A stretch of DNA of 28,531 nucleotides from an uncultured bacterium (GTDB lineage: Bacteria > Hydrogenedentota > Hydrogenedentia > Hydrogenedentales > JAEUWI01), in assembly GCA_963977445.1 (NCBI GenBank), contig CAXBPH010000068.1, positions 1 to 28,531 of the forward strand. The letters run 5' to 3'. How positions within the stretch are numbered: the stretch's first letter is position 1; each line of letters opens with the position of its first letter. A program made the position numbers and the translations under genes. Shown in pieces: positions 1 through 8,765 of this stretch. The notes under the pieces were generated by a model. The model had not been told where the DNA came from, made no database searches, and saw nothing but the letters and a program-made list of their open reading frames with translations.

Positions 1-326
1 GTTCGTGTGTGGGCAATGGAGGGCAACGTGTAGTCCATCCGGTTGATTGGTCTGATGTCGACCGCGCTCATGGCAAACGGAGACCTGCGTTCTTCCAGAT
101 ACAGGCACACGAACCGACGTTGTCGGATCGCGTGGCACGAAGAAGAAGTTCCTTCGTTGTGGGTAACGTGGGTGTAGTTGATGGTCGGGGCCGTCCCCCC
201 GAGGGTCATTCCCACTCAGGGGGAACAGCCCCGACGGTTGAGGTTTTCTTTCGTGGGATATGTTTTCGACTGGCACCACGGGGTCAAGTTTGCTTCATGA
301 CGTGATCCGGTCGGTGCAGTCCCCGA
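1..326. repeat. Structured non-coding element (partial, window edge), related at its end to the RAYT-flanking repeats
   Basis: Complementary blocks 1-9/106-114, 124-133/300-309 and core hairpin 184-235; ends in GCAGTCCCCGA (316-326), as do the repeats at 3115-3438 and 4136-4460. Confidence 0.5.
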
Positions 327-329
327 TCT

Positions 330-360
330 AAAACGTGTGGGAGGGGTTTCCCCCTCCCAT
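330..360 (-). terminator. Rho-independent terminator after dnaK
   Basis: Stem GTGGGAGGGG-tttc-CCCCTCCCAT with an A-run at 330-333 (T-run on the minus strand), 27 bp past the dnaK stop. Confidence 0.65.
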
Positions 361-386
361 GTATGCAAACCGGTCTCTACGCCGGA

Positions 387-2276
387 CTAATTGTTGACGA
401 CCGTGTAGTCGGCTTCTACGGTGTCGTCGGCATCTTCATGAGCCGATGTGACGTCGTCCGCTTCTGGTCCGGACTCGGGCGGTGCCTGATACATGTGGGT
501 ACCCATTTCCTGGGCGGCCTGGTTGAGGGCCTGAATGGCCGCTTCAATGGTGAGACCCGTATCCGACTTCAACGCTTCCTTCAACGCCATCGTTTTTTCC
601 TCCACGGTAGCCTTCAGTTTGGCGGGCAGTTTTTCGCCGTGCTCCGCCAGTGCTTTCTCTGTTGTATACACCAGGTTGTCGCCCTGGTTTTTCAGATCCA
701 CAACCTTACGCCGTTCGGCATCTTCCTGGGCATGCTGCTCGGCATCCCGAATGCGCTCCTTAATCTCGGACTCGGAAAGACCCGATGACGCCTCAATGCG
801 AATCTGCTGTTTCTTGCCCGTGGCCAAATCCTTGGCCGATACATGGACGATGCCGTCGGCGTCGATATCAAAAGCCACTTCGACCTGCGGAACGCCCCGG
901 GGCGCCGGTGCCATACCTTCCAGGTTGAACCGACCGAGGGTGCGGTTGTCCTTGGACAATTCCCGCTCGCCCTGCAACACATGGACCGTTACCGAGGACT
1001 GATTGTCCACCGCTGTCGAGAAGATTTCTTTCTTCGACACCGGGATGGTCGTATTTCGGTCGACGAGCTTCGTGCACACGCCACCCAGGGTCTCAATACC
1101 CAGAGAGAGGGGCGTAACATCGAGTAGCAGCACGTCATTTACTTCACCGGACATCACACCGGCCTGAATGGCAGCACCGAGGGCAACCACTTCATCGGGG
1201 TTTACCCCACGATGGGGCTCCGCCTTGAAGAGGTCCTGGACCAGTTTGCCCACGGCGGGCATCCGGGTCATGCCACCCACGAGGATGACTTCGTTGATAT
1301 CGGCAGGCGTAAGCCCGGCATCTTCCAAAGCGCGATAACAGGGTGCCTTGGTCCTTTCGAGCAATTTACCCGCAAGCTGCTCAAAGGTCGCCCGGCTGAG
1401 CGCCTGGTTCAGGTGCTTGGGCCCCGACGCATCGGCCGTAATGAAGGGCAGATTGATATCGGTCTGCAGGGAGGACGAAAGTTCACACTTTGCCTTTTCC
1501 GCCGCCTCTTTCAGGCGCTGCAATGCCATGGCATCCTTACGCAGGTCGACGCCGTTTTCTTTCTGGAAGGCCTCGGCAAGCCAGTCGATTAAGAGCTGGT
1601 CAAAATCGTCGCCACCCAGGTGGGTATCGCCGTTGGTGCTCAGCACCTCAAAAGAACTGTCGTCAATGGCGAGGATGGATACGTCGAAGGTACCACCACC
1701 CAAATCGTAGACCGCGATTTTCTCGCTGGACTTCTTGTCGAGCCCATAGGCCAACGCGGCCGCTGTGGGTTCGTTGATGATGCGCAACACTTCCAGGCCC
1801 GCGATACGTCCCGCGTCTTTGGTGGCCTGGCGCTGTGCGTCGTTAAAATAAGCCGGCACCGTAATGACCGCCTTGTCTACCGTGTCGCCGAGGAAGGCTT
1901 CGGCCGATTCCTTCAGCCGCTGCAGGATCATGGCGGAGATTTCCGGGGGGCGATAGCCCTTGTCCAGGGCCTGAATTTCGCAGTCCCCCGACGGGGCTGC
2001 TTTTACGGTGTAGGGCATGCGGGCGATTTCGTCTCCCGCATCGGCGTAGCCCAACCCCATGAATCGCTTAATCGAAGACAGGGTGTTGGTAGGATTCGTT
2101 ACGGCCTGGCGACGGGCCGCTGCACCGACGAGTCGTTCGCCGTTGCGGGCGAAGGCCACGACCGACGGGGTCGTGCGGTTGCCTTCGGGGTTGGTAATGA
2201 CGACGGGTTCGCCGCCTTCCATGACAGCCACACAGGAGTTGGTGGTGCCGAGATCGATTCCAATGGTTCTTGACAT
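387..2276 (-). CDS. dnaK: Molecular chaperone DnaK (Hsp70)
   Basis: [37 protein letters not shown] and [13 protein letters not shown] signatures; acidic C-terminus; 629 aa. Confidence 0.98.
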   Translation of the reverse strand: MSRTIGIDLGTTNSCVAVMEGGEPVVITNPEGNRTTPSVVAFARNGERLVGAAARRQAVTNPTNTLSSIKRFMGLGYADAGDEIARMPYTVKAAPSGDCEIQALDKGYRPPEISAMILQRLKESAEAFLGDTVDKAVITVPAYFNDAQRQATKDAGRIAGLEVLRIINEPTAAALAYGLDKKSSEKIAVYDLGGGTFDVSILAIDDSSFEVLSTNGDTHLGGDDFDQLLIDWLAEAFQKENGVDLRKDAMALQRLKEAAEKAKCELSSSLQTDINLPFITADASGPKHLNQALSRATFEQLAGKLLERTKAPCYRALEDAGLTPADINEVILVGGMTRMPAVGKLVQDLFKAEPHRGVNPDEVVALGAAIQAGVMSGEVNDVLLLDVTPLSLGIETLGGVCTKLVDRNTTIPVSKKEIFSTAVDNQSSVTVHVLQGERELSKDNRTLGRFNLEGMAPAPRGVPQVEVAFDIDADGIVHVSAKDLATGKKQQIRIEASSGLSESEIKERIRDAEQHAQEDAERRKVVDLKNQGDNLVYTTEKALAEHGEKLPAKLKATVEEKTMALKEALKSDTGLTIEAAIQALNQAAQEMGTHMYQAPPESGPEADDVTSAHEDADDTVEADYTVVNN

Positions 2277-2356
2277 GATGAGTTATCCTTTCCTGGCTGC
2301 GCCGGAGGCTTCTCCAGGTCGTCAGCCGGTTTCGAGGTTTCTTTTACCTCTAATAA

Positions 2357-2372
2357 GGCAAGGACAATGCCA
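2357..2372 (-). promoter_or_regulatory. Putative sigma54 (-24/-12) promoter for dnaK
   Basis: Minus strand TGGCATTGTCCTTGCC fits TGGCAC-N5-TTGC spacing, about 80 bp upstream of the start. Confidence 0.55.
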
Positions 2373-2679
2373 AGAAAAAAAGTGTCAACGGAATGTAGTG
2401 CTAAATCGTTAATTAACTAGCGGTTGCGCCAGTACAGAATGACAATATTTCGTCAGTGACAGTTGAAGCAGTGTTTTAAACTGGAGCAGTGGTGCTTCGA
2501 ATTGAAACGTCCCAGCCCGTATTTCACGGCTCTGGGGTGGGTGAATACGGGATTTACCCCAATTGAGATATTTTCCTGCAAATGAAACCGAATTGGGCTT
2601 GTCGCGTATATATAGAGTAGAAGGTGCTGAGGTAGTCTGGACACTGCAAATAAAGGACTTAGCCTAATACAGCGATTCT

Positions 2680-2694
2680 TGGCACAGCAATTGC
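2680..2694 (+). promoter_or_regulatory. Putative sigma54 (-24/-12) promoter
   Basis: TGGCACAGCAATTGC, near-consensus with correct spacing, pointing into a gene-free region. Confidence 0.6.
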
Positions 2695-2705
2695 GTAGTA
2701 AGAGT

Positions 2706-3058
2706 TAGTTAAATTAAATGAATAAATCGAACGCAAAGCGCGTTAAGTATGCATAGACAGTTGAATAAGACATACGCACTCTAAAGAGGTTCCCAATGCG
2801 TCGAATGTCTCCCCAATCATGTCGGATCCCCCGATTGCCCCACACCATCCGACATGCAGCGGTTCTCTCCCATAAACACAAGCCGCAACATTCGGCGTGG
2901 TCTCCCCCGAGCCACTCCTCCCTCCCCCATCGCTCGGGGGAGACCCTCTCCTCTTTTTTTATATTCAAGGCGTAAGAACGGTTCTCGGAATTTAAGATGT
3001 TCCTTCCTTCCCTTCGTTCAAGGCCCCCCAACCACTCCGGTGATTGGGGGGCCTTTTT
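2706..3058 (+). ncRNA. Candidate multi-hairpin sRNA with C/U-rich loops
   Basis: Hairpins 2818-2856, 2859-2886 and 2899-2945 with loops CCCCCGATTGCCCC, CTCTCCC and CACTCCTCCCTCCCCC; lies between a sigma54-type promoter and a terminator; no credible ORF. Confidence 0.5.
3020..3058 (+). terminator. Rho-independent terminator
   Basis: AAGGCCCCCCA...TGGGGGGCC followed by TTTTT. Confidence 0.75.
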
Positions 3059-3114
3059 CGTTCATCTTTTTACTACCCACGTCTTCGTGTTTGCTTCCCC
3101 GGGCGAAATTCTCA

Positions 3115-3438
3115 GGACTGTCTCGCCCCCAGGCACCATGGCTTGGAAAAGAACACGGTGAAATGACTTATCACGTCGCAGCACCATGGTCCATGTAGAC
3201 GGGCGTGATTGTCCCGTTTTTGGCGAAAACGTCGTTGGACGAAAGGATACGTTCACCTTGGCGGAGTACCGTTGAGACGGTGTTGCTACCGCCGTGGTTG
3301 AGGGAGCCACAACGTCGACCATGGCAACAACGGGACAGCCACACCGATCATCATTTGCTTTAGATTTTTTCCGTCGAAGTGCTAGCCCACCCGCGTCCCT
3401 CGCCTAATTTCGACGTGTGGTGAGGCAGTCCCCGAGTG
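3115..3438 (+). repeat. Long structured RAYT-flanking repeat, copy A (324 bp)
   Basis: Direct repeat of 4136-4460 (about 43 differences by hand alignment); terminal inverted repeats GGACTGTCTCGCC / GGTGAGGCAGTCC. Confidence 0.9.
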
Positions 3439-3452
3439 TCGCGCTCACTAAT

Positions 3453-4088
3453 TCACCTCCCCTTTCTCCAGATTTCGACTTGCTTGAGGAAAGCGGCGTC
3501 TCGACCGAGTGGTTGACCTTTCTGGGTGTGGCGACGAACTGCCTCGGCTGCTGCGGTATTTTTGCTAAGTCCGCCTAAAGCCTCACGCCATTCCTCGCCA
3601 GAATAACGGTCAAACCATCGTCTCAGATTAAGCAACCGGTCCCCTTTTCCACCTATGTGAGCGGGTGCGCTGGACCACGGATACAACCACGCGTCAGAAA
3701 CCATATGTGCACGTACGGGATTGAGCTCGGCATAGGCGATGGCATTGACCGTGTGTTCGAGGTCCATAGGACACGAAAAAAATCGGCTTTGCCACACGTG
3801 ACCGCTTCTCAAATACTTGGCGTTAAAATAATCTGCGTATTGCTGGTGGGTTCGGCTGGCGGTGTCGGCGAGTGACGTCTCCGTATGGGGGATAGCAACC
3901 AAGTGCAAATGATTGGACATAATGCAGTACGCAACGATTCTCGTACGGAAGAGTTTGCTGTGGCAGTGCAGCAGGTCGAGATACTTCTCTCTGTCTTCGT
4001 TATCGACAAAGACGTCTTGTTTGTTGTTGCCCCGTTGCGTCAGATGATGTGCTACGCCGGGTATGACGATACGCGCGGATCTTGGCAT
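3453..4088 (-). CDS. REP-associated tyrosine transposase (RAYT, HUH/Y1 family)
   Basis: MPRSARIVIPGVAHHLTQRGNNKQDVF, YCIMSNHLHL (HUH), GHVWQSRFFS, AYAELNPVRA (catalytic Tyr), YPWSS; start trimmed to the MPR Met at 4088 (211 aa). Confidence 0.92.
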   Translation of the reverse strand: MPRSARIVIPGVAHHLTQRGNNKQDVFVDNEDREKYLDLLHCHSKLFRTRIVAYCIMSNHLHLVAIPHTETSLADTASRTHQQYADYFNAKYLRSGHVWQSRFFSCPMDLEHTVNAIAYAELNPVRAHMVSDAWLYPWSSAPAHIGGKGDRLLNLRRWFDRYSGEEWREALGGLSKNTAAAEAVRRHTQKGQPLGRDAAFLKQVEIWRKGR

Positions 4089-4094
4089 GCAACG

Positions 4095-4123
4095 AGAATA
4101 ACGACTATTGCGGGATTGGTCAA
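4095..4123 (-). promoter_or_regulatory. sigma70-type promoter giving a probably leaderless RAYT mRNA
   Basis: TTGACC-N17-TATTCT followed by 6 nt and then the ATG; no Shine-Dalgarno. Confidence 0.55.
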
Positions 4124-4135
4124 GAAGAAAATGAG

Positions 4136-4460
4136 GGACTGTCTCGCCCCCATGCACCACGGCTTGGGAAAGAATACGGTGAAATGAGTCATCACGTCGC
4201 AGCACCATGGTCCATGTAGACGGGCGTGATTGTCCTGTGGTTGGGGCGAATGTCGTTGGACGTAGGGATGGCTTTTACCTTGGCGGAGTACCGTTGAGAC
4301 GGTGCTGCTACCGCCGTGGTTGAGGCAGCCACAACGTCGACCATGGCAACAACGGGACAGCCATACCGGTCCTCGTTTTCTTTCTCTTTTTTCCGTCCGC
4401 GTGCTCGCACACCCGTTTGTTTCGCCTCTCTTCGACGTGTGGTGAGGCAGTCCCCGAGTG
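4136..4460 (+). repeat. Long structured RAYT-flanking repeat, copy B (325 bp)
   Basis: Direct repeat of 3115-3438 with the same terminal inverted repeats; the GGCAGTCCCCG end motif is repeated again at 4461-4471. Confidence 0.9.
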
Positions 4461-4484
4461 GGCAGTCCCCGTCCGCCACAATAG

Positions 4485-4525
4485 AAAACGTGCCACGCAG
4501 TGCCCTTGCGGGTCTGCGTGGCACG
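4485..4525 (-). terminator. Rho-independent terminator after the oxidoreductase gene
   Basis: CGTGCCACGCAG...CTGCGTGGCACG 12-bp stem with AAAA on its left (T-tract on the minus strand). Confidence 0.7.
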
Positions 4526-4557
4526 GGATGCCGTTGATGTTCGTAGCCCTTTAGCCC

Positions 4558-5937
4558 TTAGCCTTCGAGAGTCCATCCATCGCGGTAGGGGCGCTTGAGG
4601 AACTTGTTGGCGCCCTCGTCGTTGGTGATGCGACCAGCGACGGGATCGTAGTCAATCTTGCCGCCGTGTCGATAGGCCACCAGGCCCAGGAGCATCTGTT
4701 CAATCATGTTGGAGCTGTATTCAAAGTTACAAGCCGTGTTGAGATCGCCGCCTTTACACGCGTCGAGCCACTGCTTCTGGAAATGGCCCAAGGGCGGGAT
4801 GATTTCCGCAGCGGGACGGGGTTTGTAATAGGTCATGTCCGTCGACGCGCCATAAGGGTAAAGCATGCGCGTGTCGAAGTCGCCGATGAGATAGCCATTG
4901 CTGCCACGGAACATGACACCATGGTCAATCTGGTTCAGGTCGACAAACTTGACCGGCGACGCGGGCATGTCGCCCCCCTGGAACCATTGAACGTTGATGG
5001 CTTCACGCCACGCATTCGCCGGGTGCTCAAAGGTCGACGTCATGCGGACCGGGGTCACTTCGGGGTTATACTCTTCGCCCACGCCCGTGATGGAAGTAGG
5101 TAAGGTCGCGTCGATAGCGTTCCAGGCAATGTCCATCGTGTGGCTGCCCATGTCGCCCACCTGGCCGACGCCGAAATCCCAATACATATTCCAGCTGAGG
5201 CAGTTTACACCGGCAGGCTTTTCGAAGTATTCAGGATTGTAGGGATGGAAGGGCGCCGGTCCGAGCCAGAGGTCGTAGTGGAGATTCTTTGGCGGTTCGC
5301 CGGCGGCGGGGAGATAGCCGGGCTTCGGAAGCTGGCGATTGCCCCATACGCTGACCTCTTTCAGATCGCCGATGGCACCGTCGATGATCATTTCGCGAAT
5401 GCGGTTAAAGTTTTCGTTGGCATGACGCTGCATGCCCACCTGGGTAGCGAGCTTATCTTTCTTTCTCATGTAGGTGCCCCGCACCAGCCGCGCTTCTTCC
5501 ACGCTGATGGCCAGGGGTTTTTCGCAATAGACGTGGAGGTCGCGCAGCATGGCCCAGTTGGCCACAAAGGCGTGGGTCTGATCGGTGGTGCAACATACGA
5601 TGGCATCCAGTTCGGGATGTTCGAGGCACTCGCGCCAATCTACATAACGTTTCGCATCGGGAAACACGGCTCCGGCGAAATCGAGATGTTCTTCGTCGAC
5701 ATCACAGATCGCCACGACGTTTTCCGTCTTCAATGCGTCGTAGTGGGCCCGCGCCCGACCATCGGCGCCGATGAGTGCAATGTTCAACTTATTGCTGGGC
5801 GCACCGGGAGCGGCGAAGGTACCACTCGGCAGAATCAAAAATCCTGCGCCCACGGCGGCCGTCTTCAGGAAATCCCGTCGTCCCGGCCCCCCGTGTTGCT
5901 GCGGCGTTCCTGATGTTGATGTGTTTGAAGTCTTCAT
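4558..5937 (-). CDS. Gfo/Idh/MocA-family oxidoreductase with Tat signal
   Basis: GRRDFLK twin-arginine motif, LNIALIG Rossmann start, [18 protein letters not shown]; start at 5937 after AGGAG. Confidence 0.9.
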   Translation of the reverse strand: MKTSNTSTSGTPQQHGGPGRRDFLKTAAVGAGFLILPSGTFAAPGAPSNKLNIALIGADGRARAHYDALKTENVVAICDVDEEHLDFAGAVFPDAKRYVDWRECLEHPELDAIVCCTTDQTHAFVANWAMLRDLHVYCEKPLAISVEEARLVRGTYMRKKDKLATQVGMQRHANENFNRIREMIIDGAIGDLKEVSVWGNRQLPKPGYLPAAGEPPKNLHYDLWLGPAPFHPYNPEYFEKPAGVNCLSWNMYWDFGVGQVGDMGSHTMDIAWNAIDATLPTSITGVGEEYNPEVTPVRMTSTFEHPANAWREAINVQWFQGGDMPASPVKFVDLNQIDHGVMFRGSNGYLIGDFDTRMLYPYGASTDMTYYKPRPAAEIIPPLGHFQKQWLDACKGGDLNTACNFEYSSNMIEQMLLGLVAYRHGGKIDYDPVAGRITNDEGANKFLKRPYRDGWTLEG

Positions 5938-6013
5938 GGACTTCGCTCCTCGTTCGGTTGCTCTCTCGATTACATCAAAGGGGTACGCCAACGCGTGTCC
6001 CCGGTCTATTCTT

Positions 6014-7045
6014 TTACGTACGATTCGCAGGTGCCTGGGTCATCAAAGATTCGATGAGTACCCTGACCTCCTCTACAGGCGCGCGTTGTACAAGATAGGC
6101 ATGCTCCCTATCCGGTGAGTCACGCCAGTAATTTACGCCATCTTCCTGCACGTCGTTGTATCCCGACGATACCACATCCCACCACGATGCCGCGCCCCGG
6201 ACGGCCACCAGCACGGCAGTCTGGTCCCAGCTCTCCCGTCGGGTGGGCCGCTTTTCTCCCTCACCTAAAAACAAGCGATAGGCCCGGGCCACGGGGTTGT
6301 CGTCTGAATCCTGCAACAGGGTGCTTCCTGTCATAACTTTGGCACCAATTTCCCAACCAGAAAAAATCGCGGGAACGGGGCAGTTATCCACTGCTTTCTT
6401 ACTGTATCCCGCGCCGCCATGGGTAACAAAGTTGGCCTCGCTCTTGCCCGCATCATTGGGATAGCGCCCCCCCATGCACACCCATTTCAGGACTTTCTTC
6501 TCCACGAGCGCCCGGCCATCGAGGCGGCTGATCGCATCGGCCGGAGATTCCAGTAAATCGACGAAGGCCTTCAGGCGGCCCACCGTAACGATCGTAACGC
6601 TCCCATCGGGCTGGTCGGCCAGAAGTTGACGATAGACGGTGACGTGGTCGGGAACGTCTTCCTTGGTGACCACATCGTGGCCATAACGTGCCGTGTCTGT
6701 TGCAATGGCTTCGAGATAGCGGCTTTCCGTGCGGCCATAGATTTCTTTGATGGTGCCAATGGGGAGATCGCCGCGACCATAGTAGGTGTTGATGGCATCC
6801 ACGCAACCCGCCACATAGGGGTTGCCGCCATAACTGGCAATACAACCGAGTATTTCTACCTCACCCTGATCCGCCAGGGCATGCAACACAGCCAAAGCGC
6901 CGCAGTCATCGCAATCGCCCGTCATGTCAGTGTCAAAAATGACACGGGGTACTTCCGCAGCGGAAACTGATGAATGGAGTAGGGCGAGCGTTAGGAGTAG
7001 TGCACAAACGAGTCGATACAAAGGCTTCGGCCTCCAGCGTTTCAC
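6014..7045 (-). CDS. Secreted nucleoside hydrolase-like protein (IU-NH fold)
   Basis: Signal peptide followed by [36 protein letters not shown]. Confidence 0.8.
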   Translation of the reverse strand: MKRWRPKPLYRLVCALLLTLALLHSSVSAAEVPRVIFDTDMTGDCDDCGALAVLHALADQGEVEILGCIASYGGNPYVAGCVDAINTYYGRGDLPIGTIKEIYGRTESRYLEAIATDTARYGHDVVTKEDVPDHVTVYRQLLADQPDGSVTIVTVGRLKAFVDLLESPADAISRLDGRALVEKKVLKWVCMGGRYPNDAGKSEANFVTHGGAGYSKKAVDNCPVPAIFSGWEIGAKVMTGSTLLQDSDDNPVARAYRLFLGEGEKRPTRRESWDQTAVLVAVRGAASWWDVVSSGYNDVQEDGVNYWRDSPDREHAYLVQRAPVEEVRVLIESLMTQAPANRT

Positions 7046-7450
7046 TCAGGTTAGGGAGGAACAAGTTCCACCGTGTGGGGGTGTGGCTTGTAACACGCAC
7101 CCATTGATTTAAGCAGATAGCACCCAACCAGTCAAGATGCATCCATTTCGTTGGCCCTATCTACACATTATTACATACGCTGCGGTCCCTGTAGTGCTTG
7201 ACAATTAGGTCGTTCTGTGGAAGACTAAAAGACGAAATATGGCCCTGTGACAAAGCGTATTAGCACGGGGCGATTGCCGCGCTGTGAATGGATTTTTTCT
7301 CAACCGGTACGGGGCGCACGGGTTCGTTTCGATCGGGGCGGGCGGCTAAACACCCGTTTTAATTGCTACATTCATAGCAAGCAGCGGGCCGCCTCCACCT
7401 TGCAGGAAAGCCCAGGCAAGCTACGTGGACCAAGCTGTGGGAGGGTTCCT

Positions 7451-8758
7451 ATGTCCGAAAAAAAACTACCATTTTTCATGAAAACCCATTCTTGCCCTGC
7501 GTGCGGCACTTCTGGATCTCACCGTCAATTTCGTAGTCGGACCTTTGCGCCTGCCACGATAGAGTCCGACTCCCACCCCCTTACCTATACGTGGAGCGAC
7601 CCCCAGCTGGTCCAAGTTCATCCTCCCCTGTACTTCCTCTATTTTTGTACGTCCTGTTTTTTCGCCTCTCCCTCAGAAAACTATGTTGACCCCGAGAGCG
7701 TGCTGTACAACCGGGTGGGCAACAGGGCTTTCACGCATGCCCGGGCCAACAACGACAAAATAATCGAATTACTCGGCCAGCGTATCGACTATGACAAGCT
7801 AAATTTTGAATCTGCACTGTGGATGCACCTGCTCGCTATCTACACCCAGTTGCTGCGCGAAGAGGAGCTGCGCGACCACTACACCATTGCCCGGCTCTAC
7901 CTCCGGATGGCGTGGCTGTATCGCGAAGAAAACAGGGCGAAATGCAGCAAGACCGAGACACCCGTAGAGGAAAAAACCGAAGACTCCACACAGACCGCCG
8001 TGCTCGAAGCCCTCTCAGCCTTCGACGCTATCCTGCATCAGGGTAATGAAGGGCGAAACCAGGTTGCTACGACCCTCAAGGCCGATGCACCCCGTCGGCG
8101 GGGAAGAAATGCTGACGTCTATATGAAATCGCTGACGACCATGGAACGCCTCTTCGAAGCCCTTCATTCAGAGGCCTATCGACTCAAGTCAACCTTCAAT
8201 CAATCCTACGTCACAGCCATGCAGACCAGCGACAAATCCTATGACACCGCCTTTCTTGACGAGATCAAGACTTCCTGGGTCTATGCGCCCGTGGAAGAGG
8301 CCGAAGCCCTCCGAAACGCCATTGAGCATTTTGAAAAAGCCATTGCGTCGGACTCTCGTTTAAATAGTCCCGACGCCTTCTTCCGCACCTCCGCACTGAT
8401 CGTGGACCTGGAGCTGCGGTGCAATGACTTGGACGCCGCCTTCAAGAAGGTCCGGGGAATCATCGGTTCCATCATGAAAGATCGGCAGAATATTCTCGCC
8501 AAGATCAACACCACGGAAAACATGAGTCACAAAATGGAGCTTCAAAAACAGCTTAGTTCCGCCAACCGCTCCATCGAACGGGCCACAGACCTCCACTATC
8601 AGATAGTTGATATGGTGGTTGAGCGGGAAATGCCAAAAATAAATGCGATACTGAAGGAGCATACCCAGAGCACGACCGGTCAGAAAAAAGTAGCCCTCCT
8701 GGCCAACGGTATCAGCCATGGCATCATCGAACACCTGCAGAAGAAAAAAGTCGTATAG
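7451..8758 (+). CDS. DUF2225-like protein (Zn-ribbon plus TPR-like helices), extended
   Basis: CPACG ... HPPLYFLYFCTSCFFA and ARLYLRMAWLYR; start placed at MSEKK (7451) after GAGGG. Confidence 0.7.
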   Translation: MSEKKLPFFMKTHSCPACGTSGSHRQFRSRTFAPATIESDSHPLTYTWSDPQLVQVHPPLYFLYFCTSCFFASPSENYVDPESVLYNRVGNRAFTHARANNDKIIELLGQRIDYDKLNFESALWMHLLAIYTQLLREEELRDHYTIARLYLRMAWLYREENRAKCSKTETPVEEKTEDSTQTAVLEALSAFDAILHQGNEGRNQVATTLKADAPRRRGRNADVYMKSLTTMERLFEALHSEAYRLKSTFNQSYVTAMQTSDKSYDTAFLDEIKTSWVYAPVEEAEALRNAIEHFEKAIASDSRLNSPDAFFRTSALIVDLELRCNDLDAAFKKVRGIIGSIMKDRQNILAKINTTENMSHKMELQKQLSSANRSIERATDLHYQIVDMVVEREMPKINAILKEHTQSTTGQKKVALLANGISHGIIEHLQKKKVV

Positions 8759-8765
8759 CCAGCGA

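Noticed and set aside
1980..1990. GCAGTCCCC motif inside dnaK
   Set aside because: It lies within conserved coding sequence with no partner arm and is likely chance.
2396..2404. CIRCE-like half site (TTAGCACTA on the minus strand) upstream of dnaK
   Set aside because: The second arm at 9-bp spacing is absent, so it is not a CIRCE.
2796..2975. 59-aa ORF after AAGAGGT within the candidate sRNA
   Set aside because: The Pro/Ser/His-rich composition simply mirrors the hairpin sequence. Not called as a CDS, although not excluded.
4089..4208. 40-aa N-terminal extension of the RAYT ORF, and ORFs 3062-3322, 4052-4576 and 4192-4524
   Set aside because: They run through the non-coding repeats and their frames are not preserved between copies (1-bp indel). 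The RAYT family starts at MPR.
3115..4460. Interpretation as a CRISPR array, classical IS200/IS605 element or composite transposon
   Set aside because: There is no repeat-spacer periodicity, cas gene or tnpB. The repeats are long, direct and non-coding, and no target-site duplication is evident.
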